A stretch of 11,589 nucleotides of DNA from an uncultured Candidatus Poseidoniales archaeon (GTDB lineage Archaea; Thermoplasmatota; Poseidoniia; Poseidoniales; Thalassarchaeaceae): assembly GCA_964645485.1 (NCBI GenBank), contig CAZXZO010000036.1:1-11589 (forward strand), given 5' to 3'. Positions 1 to 5,556 of the stretch are shown piece after piece (position 1 is the first letter of the stretch; every line of letters begins with the position of its first letter). Below the pieces are notes generated by a model, which saw nothing but the letters and a program-made list of their open reading frames with translations, made no database searches and was not told where the DNA came from. A program made the position numbers and the translations under genes.

Positions 1-75
1 GTGGACGTTGGGGGATTTGAACCCCCGGCTTCTTGGTTGCAAACCAAGCGTTCTTCCAAGCTGAGCTAAACGCCC
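1..75 (-). tRNA. tRNA-Ala (anticodon UGC)
   Basis: The reverse complement GGGCGTT-TA-GCTC-AGCTTGGAA-GAAC-G-CTTGG-TT TGC AA-CCAAG-AAGCC-GGGGG-TTCAAAT-CCCCC-AACGTCC-A-C folds as a cloverleaf. Anticodon TGC is at 41-39. It has the G3:U70 alanine identity pair and discriminator A73. Any encoded CCA runs off the window edge. Confidence 0.97.
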
Positions 76-200
76 TTGTAGCACCGCCGACCGGCGGATA
101 TCATTTGAGCGTTTGGTAACAACCACCCGTCTAGAAGTGAGGCCACTTGGCAGATTAACTGTTCAAGTTAATTCAAGAATAATACTCAGAGGAAAGAGGT

Positions 201-932
201 TCACTCTTCTTCAGCAATTTCTGTAATGTCGGAATCCGAATTTAGTTTTGGAGTCTCAGCCTCATTTTCTTCATCTGCATCCATCATTGAGTCATTCGTC
301 CTCATCGCTAGAAGTAATCCAATTAACAGAACCGAGAGAACCCCTGATGCACCAGCCAACCATAGCAACCAGTTTCGTTCTTCCTCACTCTCATCAGATT
401 GTGGTTCTTGAGTTTCATCATCGTTACCAAATTCATATCCCGGCGGTGGCACTTCACCCTCTTCTACATGGAGATCTGAAATCACAATTATTGTGCCATT
501 AGTGATTACACCCTCTGAACTAATATCTTGATATTCGTAAGTACCCGCTCCCCAAGTTCCGTTGAATGTAATCTCATAGGTGACTCTACAATCATCATCT
601 AATTTGGTGCCATTTTCATCGGTTTCACATTCTGCTGACAAATTGCCCGAATCCCAATCCAATGTGCCATTGTATAACCCATCACCATCTGAATCCCAGA
701 CAATTCTGTGGGTGATATTTTCTCGTGAGTCTACGTTGTACCACCATGCAGAATCATTGTAAACAAGTTGTGGATTATTTGGCGTAGGGCCGCTTTCTTT
801 TACTAAGACTGTGAAAGTTCCAGCATCATGTGCTACCACACTTGTTGGTAGTAATGAAACTGCTATCAGAATAAGAAGAGTAACGACTAGAGGAAGTCGG
901 CTCTGGTTGGTATGCTGCGCCACGAATTGCAT
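201..932 (-). CDS. Exported, C-terminally membrane-anchored cupredoxin-like protein without the canonical type-1 Cu ligands (243 aa)
   Basis: ATG at 932 is preferred to the 1049 start, which would overlap the divergent gene. The signal peptide ends ...LLPTSVVA|HDAG. The sequence follows a cupredoxin pattern: P-x2-P-x-L-V-x-N-D-x2-WWYN-x-D...THRIV...WDSGNL...YEITF...GTYEYQD...NGTIIV. An acidic linker is followed by the TM helix WLLWLAGASGVLSVLLIGLLLAM and an acidic tail. The fold call is from motif recognition only. Confidence 0.7.
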   Translation of the reverse strand: MQFVAQHTNQSRLPLVVTLLILIAVSLLPTSVVAHDAGTFTVLVKESGPTPNNPQLVYNDSAWWYNVDSRENITHRIVWDSDGDGLYNGTLDWDSGNLSAECETDENGTKLDDDCRVTYEITFNGTWGAGTYEYQDISSEGVITNGTIIVISDLHVEEGEVPPPGYEFGNDDETQEPQSDESEEERNWLLWLAGASGVLSVLLIGLLLAMRTNDSMMDADEENEAETPKLNSDSDITEIAEEE

Positions 933-981
933 TGCGCCACCCACCCATAAATAAAAGGTGACAGCACAGGTGGCGCAGACG
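933..981. promoter_or_regulatory. Compact divergent promoter region: AT-rich TATA-like core inside a perfect 9-bp inverted repeat
   Basis: 49 bp separate the divergent ATGs at 932 and 982. TGCGCCACC (933-941) and GGTGGCGCA (969-977) are exact reverse complements. ATAAATAAAA (947-956) is the only AT-rich block and can be read as a TATA box on either strand. Confidence 0.6.
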
Positions 982-2736
982 ATGGATAAGAGACTAGTTG
1001 GAGTGGCAGCCTTCTTGGCGCTCAGTATCTTCTCTGCAAGCCTATACACGCTAACAACAAATTTTGCTGATAATTCCGATGATATGGATGACTGGATGCT
1101 GGTTGACCCCTTACCTCAAGACGAAGAACACGACCACAAAAACGCAAGCGCGCACGAATTTGGAACACCAAACATTGACTTCGTCACTTTCAATCCTCTA
1201 ACTCTGCCTGGGAACGCAGAAATCCAAGTTGCTGACAGCCCTGATGGAAACACATACGCCTATCAAGCAGGTTGGAAAGAGATGCACATTACAGATGTCA
1301 CCGACCCATTTAACACAACAGTTGTTGGAATTTACCACGACCCTAACACCCAAGTATTGGATGTGAAGTATCTCGAGTATAACGGTAGAGAGTATATCAT
1401 ATTGCAGAACCAACTTGTTGACCCTGGTAGCGCTGACCCGAATGTTGGGAACTGGGAAGACCCTGCTCAAGTTAGTGTAACATTAGTTGATGTAACTGAC
1501 AAAACCGACCCACAATACATTGACTCTTGGTATGACGTAGACCATCCCTCTGGACCACATAATCTGTATACTCACATGATTGATGGTGAGTGGTACATTT
1601 TTGTTGCTAATCCCGATTATGACCAGTGTGATGTTGGCACAGGTGATGCCTGTGGAGGAGTCACGATTGCTCATCTGAATTTTGCTGCTTATGGTGATTT
1701 ACCTCGGATTGTCAAAGTTGGTGAGGCCGAAGTCAGTTGGGAGACAACCAATGGTGGCTGGATTTATATTCATGATATGACGGTTCAGACTTGGCCTGGT
1801 CAAGATACCAACGACCCTCGATATGGTCACACATTCATTTATGGTGCGTACTGGGAAGCCGGACTTCGAATCTTTGATACCACTGATGTGCCACATCCCG
1901 GCCGCGATTTGGCTGAATATATGTGGCACGGTTCCCTTTGCAGACTCTCTGGTGGAAGTCAGGCTGGATGCTTGTGGCGTGCTCCCGAAGTAGGTCTATG
2001 GATGAATTTCTCTGATTTGGATGATGACGGCACGCCCGATGCAGGTTGGTCAAGCAATGAAAACGGAGGGCGTGCATCTTACATTCACTATGCAGAACCA
2101 TTTGACAAAATGGTCGATGCAAGCCACTTAGGTTATCCTTCAGGAAAGATGCACCTCACATTCTTGGCGACTGAAGTCCTTGAAACAACTGTAGGAGTTG
2201 GACTTTCATATTTGATTGACACAACTCCCTATGAGATGATAAATGGGAAAATGACATTCAAACCTCGTTTAATTCATGAATGGGAAATTCCATTTGCCGA
2301 AGACCACTTCATTCCAGGTGGGGTTGAATGGCTGCTATTTAGCCCACACAATGCCGACTTAGAAATTTTCCAGACTGGTCTACCCGGTATGCCCGACACC
2401 TCTCTTGGCGGTGCTTGGGATGGTCGAATTTACTTATCACATTACCATTCAGGAGTGTGGGTTTTGGATGTGGAAACCCTGATGAAAGCAGGTCTTGATG
2501 ATCGTAACAAGACTGAGGTTTACTTCGATTCAACTGTGGGCTATTATGTGCCACACGGCGCTGATGGTGTAATCCTTGACTCAGCATATTATGACTTTGA
2601 GTGGATCCCATTTTTGTGGGCTGCAGAGTATCACAAAGGATACACTTACCTTTCTTGTATCACAACCGGCTTGTACATTGTTCAGTTAGATGTTGACAAA
2701 CCGTACGAAGGTGTGGATTCGTCTCAAAATACATAA
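982..2736 (+). CDS. Membrane-anchored LVIVD-repeat-type beta-propeller protein, His-rich, paralog 1 (584 aa)
   Basis: ATG at 982 follows AGGTG at 968-972 and opens a hydrophobic anchor (RLVGVAAFLALSIFSASLYTL). LVIVD-like blade motifs: MHITDVTDP, VTLVDVTDKTDP, GLRIFDTTD, GVWVLDV, GLYIVQL. His motifs: GPHNLY, IHDM, IHYAEP, DHFIPGG, SPHNAD, SHYHSG. Confidence 0.8.
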   Translation: MDKRLVGVAAFLALSIFSASLYTLTTNFADNSDDMDDWMLVDPLPQDEEHDHKNASAHEFGTPNIDFVTFNPLTLPGNAEIQVADSPDGNTYAYQAGWKEMHITDVTDPFNTTVVGIYHDPNTQVLDVKYLEYNGREYIILQNQLVDPGSADPNVGNWEDPAQVSVTLVDVTDKTDPQYIDSWYDVDHPSGPHNLYTHMIDGEWYIFVANPDYDQCDVGTGDACGGVTIAHLNFAAYGDLPRIVKVGEAEVSWETTNGGWIYIHDMTVQTWPGQDTNDPRYGHTFIYGAYWEAGLRIFDTTDVPHPGRDLAEYMWHGSLCRLSGGSQAGCLWRAPEVGLWMNFSDLDDDGTPDAGWSSNENGGRASYIHYAEPFDKMVDASHLGYPSGKMHLTFLATEVLETTVGVGLSYLIDTTPYEMINGKMTFKPRLIHEWEIPFAEDHFIPGGVEWLLFSPHNADLEIFQTGLPGMPDTSLGGAWDGRIYLSHYHSGVWVLDVETLMKAGLDDRNKTEVYFDSTVGYYVPHGADGVILDSAYYDFEWIPFLWAAEYHKGYTYLSCITTGLYIVQLDVDKPYEGVDSSQNT

Positions 2737-2760
2737 TTTATTGTTGTGATTTTTGGTATT
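2735..2760 (+). terminator. Possible archaeal oligo-T terminator after propeller gene 1
   Basis: A T-rich tract TTTATTGTTGTGATTTTTGGTATT follows the TAA directly. Archaeal intrinsic terminators are oligo-T tracts. Confidence 0.3.
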
Positions 2761-2823
2761 CCCTTGGATTACTCATTGCTTCCGACAGAGCGCAATAGTC
2801 TTGAATGGTTGATAGGAGCGAGG

Positions 2824-2848
2824 GCCACGCCCGAAGGGCGTTGAGGCT
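2824..2848 (+). promoter_or_regulatory. GC-rich hairpin just upstream of propeller gene 2
   Basis: ACGCCC-GAA-GGGCGT (2827-2841) is a perfect 6-bp stem. It extends through GCC (2824-2826) pairing with GGC (2845-2847) across a TGA bulge and ends about 9 nt before ATG 2857. Confidence 0.4.
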
Positions 2849-2856
2849 GGATTTTA

Positions 2857-4857
2857 ATGAATAGAGCGAAACTCAACGATGAATCAGCTGCGACTCAACA
2901 ACAATTGATTACTTATGCAATTGTGGGATTAGTTTCGTTCAGTTTGCTATCAACTGCAACTTGGTTTGCTTTCAATTATAGCGGTAATGATGATGTTATT
3001 GATGACCCAATGGCGAATTGGGTCGACCCAGTCATTGAAATTGAAGATGACAACCACAGTCATAATGATTTGATTGCGCACAGACTAATGACATCAAACA
3101 TGCAACTTATTGATTATCACAATCTCAATTGTGACGGCAATGAAAAGCCGCCAACTGAATTAGACAATGTAGCCGGCCGACCTTGTTATCCTGAATACAA
3201 GAATACAGGCCCTACTCCTGGTGATAATTCAGAAATCTCCATTGAAGGAAATTTCATGGATGATTGTGAAATATATGCAGATGGAACCGGTGGGTGTTAT
3301 GCTTACGTTTCATCTTACAATCAGTTTGAAATCTTAGATATTTCAAATCCAAACAACATCACTCTTCTGTCAACTTATTATGCAGAAATTGCTAGAATAA
3401 TTGACATCAAGGTTACTAAGGACAATAATTGGGTTTTAGTCAATCACGAATTGACAAACAGTGAACTCGACCCGATTCCTAACGATGATGACGCAAATAG
3501 CGGTACTAATCGTTTAGACGTCATTTATGTCGGAAATAAACTTGAACCAATAAAGGTGGCAGAGTGGAATAACCCTCCAGCAGGATTCCACAATCAGGAT
3601 CTAGATGTTTACTGTGATTGGAAACCGGCCAACCCATTGTGGTCAGGTGAAGACTGCCACCTATTCTTGTTTGGCGCTGACCCTTATCCAGAGATGATTG
3701 AAGGAAGTTCAGGGACTTACTACAAAGGCACGCAAATCTTCTATGTCCCTCTAGGATTTGAGTCTTGGTTGAACCCAACACAAACTGATGAACAAGATAA
3801 CCAAACTCGTGACATCATAAGATGGGGCGGATATTCTCCGAAAATTGATACAACCTGTGGTGGTGCAATTTTCAACCACGACAATGTTTACTCTGTCCAC
3901 CCAATAACAGGACAGAAACTCCTCTACATCTCTTATTGGGGTGCTGGTTTGAGAATGGTTGATGTTTCAACACCTCCCCAAATCCCTGACCCTGAAGGAA
4001 TCTCATGGCCTCAGAATAATGAGGTTGGACGCTGGATGGGATGTTCTACTGCTGATGACGGCTGGTATGGGCCAGAAGGTGGCGGTCATGCAGATATGAC
4101 CTCAGAAGAGTGGCTTGATGCTAACCAAGGGAATGACAATATCCACTATGCAATTCCATACGAACATCTCGTTTGTGATGGTATTAGCGAATATGACCCG
4201 GTTGCAACTTTCCCGAAATCGTGTGGAATTGGGCCAGATGACCCTACATACGGAATCAATTGGAGGCATTATACAGTAATTGCACCTGAATATGGTTCAA
4301 ACTCCAATCACACAGGTTATTTGTGGACTATCGATACTACCGACCCTACCCAACCATTCCTAGTGAGCAAATGGAGATTACCTGGCGAAGGCATGCTTGC
4401 TAATGGCTCAAAACACCCTCAACACTACATTCCTGGAGGTTACATTTACAGCCCACATAACGGTGATACAGGCACAAGTGGAGAAGTGTACTGGGCGCAC
4501 TACCATGCTGGTGCGTGGGTAACTGACCATGGCCATATCTGGGAAGATATTGTTTGGGAGAACGGAGTTCCAGAACCCGAAAGAGGATTCAAGGCAATTT
4601 CTAAACTTGGTGAAACAAGAACAAGTGGATATTACTTGGGCGCAGGCCCGACTTGGATTGATGACCCTGCTACAACCCTAGAGTATGACATGGCTGACTG
4701 TTGGGCTTCTTGCATGATTCCATTCAATTGGGGATTACAGTATGACCCTCGTGGATTTATTATGATTTCAGAAATGGTGTCAGGTGTTTACGTCGTTCAG
4801 ATGGAATCAGATAAGGATGCAAGATATCCTTATCCACCACTATATGATCTTGAGTGA
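2857..4857 (+). CDS. Membrane-anchored LVIVD-repeat-type beta-propeller protein, His-rich, paralog 2 (666 aa)
   Basis: N-terminal TM (LITYAIVGLVSFSLLSTATWFAF). Blade motifs: FEILDISNP, GLRMVDVSTP, LWTIDTTDPTQP, GVYVVQM. His motifs collinear with paralog 1: GFHNQD, NHDN, IHYAIP, QHYIPGG, SPHNGD, AHYHAG. Several Cys are probably disulfide-bonded. Confidence 0.8.
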   Translation: MNRAKLNDESAATQQQLITYAIVGLVSFSLLSTATWFAFNYSGNDDVIDDPMANWVDPVIEIEDDNHSHNDLIAHRLMTSNMQLIDYHNLNCDGNEKPPTELDNVAGRPCYPEYKNTGPTPGDNSEISIEGNFMDDCEIYADGTGGCYAYVSSYNQFEILDISNPNNITLLSTYYAEIARIIDIKVTKDNNWVLVNHELTNSELDPIPNDDDANSGTNRLDVIYVGNKLEPIKVAEWNNPPAGFHNQDLDVYCDWKPANPLWSGEDCHLFLFGADPYPEMIEGSSGTYYKGTQIFYVPLGFESWLNPTQTDEQDNQTRDIIRWGGYSPKIDTTCGGAIFNHDNVYSVHPITGQKLLYISYWGAGLRMVDVSTPPQIPDPEGISWPQNNEVGRWMGCSTADDGWYGPEGGGHADMTSEEWLDANQGNDNIHYAIPYEHLVCDGISEYDPVATFPKSCGIGPDDPTYGINWRHYTVIAPEYGSNSNHTGYLWTIDTTDPTQPFLVSKWRLPGEGMLANGSKHPQHYIPGGYIYSPHNGDTGTSGEVYWAHYHAGAWVTDHGHIWEDIVWENGVPEPERGFKAISKLGETRTSGYYLGAGPTWIDDPATTLEYDMADCWASCMIPFNWGLQYDPRGFIMISEMVSGVYVVQMESDKDARYPYPPLYDLE

Positions 4858-5543
4858 TTTCAATGTCAAGACGGTTAATTTCGCTATGCTTAGTGGCAAT
4901 TCTCGCCTGTTCTGGAATTCTTTCAGGGTGTCTTGGTGGGGAACCAGCAATAGTCGATGAATTCAACGGAGATGATATTTATCCAGCAGTTCAAGTTGAA
5001 CCATTTGATTTACTAACCCATGATGGTACAAATTACAGCAGTGAAAGTTTTGATGGCAAAGTTGTAATCTTTGTTTTCATGTTTACGCGATGTCCTGATG
5101 TTTGTCCGGTGGTTTCGGCAAATACAAAGTGGCTATACAGCCAATTGACTGAGGCTGAGCAAGAAAATGTTGAGGTTATTTCAATCACTGTTGACCCTTG
5201 GTCTGACAACATGTCTGAGTTAGCAACTTATCGGGAGGACATGACTCTACATTGGGACCATCTGACCGGTGAAGTCGAAGATTTGGAACCGGTTTGGGGT
5301 AATTTTGATGTTGGGCTGAAAACCGTTGCCAGCGATGAATATGGATACCAAAATAACACCGACAACACTAGTGGAAGCGATGAAACAAGTGGCCGCCACC
5401 ACCCCGCATTTGACTACCTAGTTGACCATTCAACAGGGACAATCTTAGTCGATAAAAATGGCTACCAAAGAGTCTGGTGGGGTGATGTTGATTGGATTCC
5501 AGACCTAGTGCTTGCAGATGTTCGTGAATTGCTTTCAGAATAA
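4854..5543 (+). CDS. Sco1/SenC-family copper chaperone / thiol-disulfide protein, predicted lipoprotein
   Basis: Hallmark FTRCPDVCP (CxxxC, 5091-5105), ITVDP and the distal ligand His in YLVDHS-x3-ILVD. Lipobox-like ILSGCLGG follows a basic/hydrophobic leader (MSRRLISL...). The GTG start overlaps the upstream TGA (GTGA); ATG 4863 is an alternative start. Confidence 0.92.
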   Translation: MISMSRRLISLCLVAILACSGILSGCLGGEPAIVDEFNGDDIYPAVQVEPFDLLTHDGTNYSSESFDGKVVIFVFMFTRCPDVCPVVSANTKWLYSQLTEAEQENVEVISITVDPWSDNMSELATYREDMTLHWDHLTGEVEDLEPVWGNFDVGLKTVASDEYGYQNNTDNTSGSDETSGRHHPAFDYLVDHSTGTILVDKNGYQRVWWGDVDWIPDLVLADVRELLSE

Positions 5544-5556
5544 TCCGACATCTGTT

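Noticed and set aside
933-1049. N-terminal extension of the 201..1049 ORF and the GTG 958 start of the propeller gene
   Set aside because: These would make the divergent genes overlap head-to-head and bury both signal sequences. ATG 932 and ATG 982 give clean leaders and leave a promoter-like gap.
982-4857. Calling the propellers NosZ, methanethiol oxidase or galactose oxidase
   Set aside because: No CuA motif, no NosZ or SBP56 signature that I can recognise, and no nos or mauG accessory genes. Only the architecture is analogous.
1-5556. tRNA-anchored integrative element carrying the cassette
   Set aside because: The cassette lies on the 5' side of the tRNA, no tRNA 3'-end duplication or integrase is present, and composition resembles the housekeeping genes.
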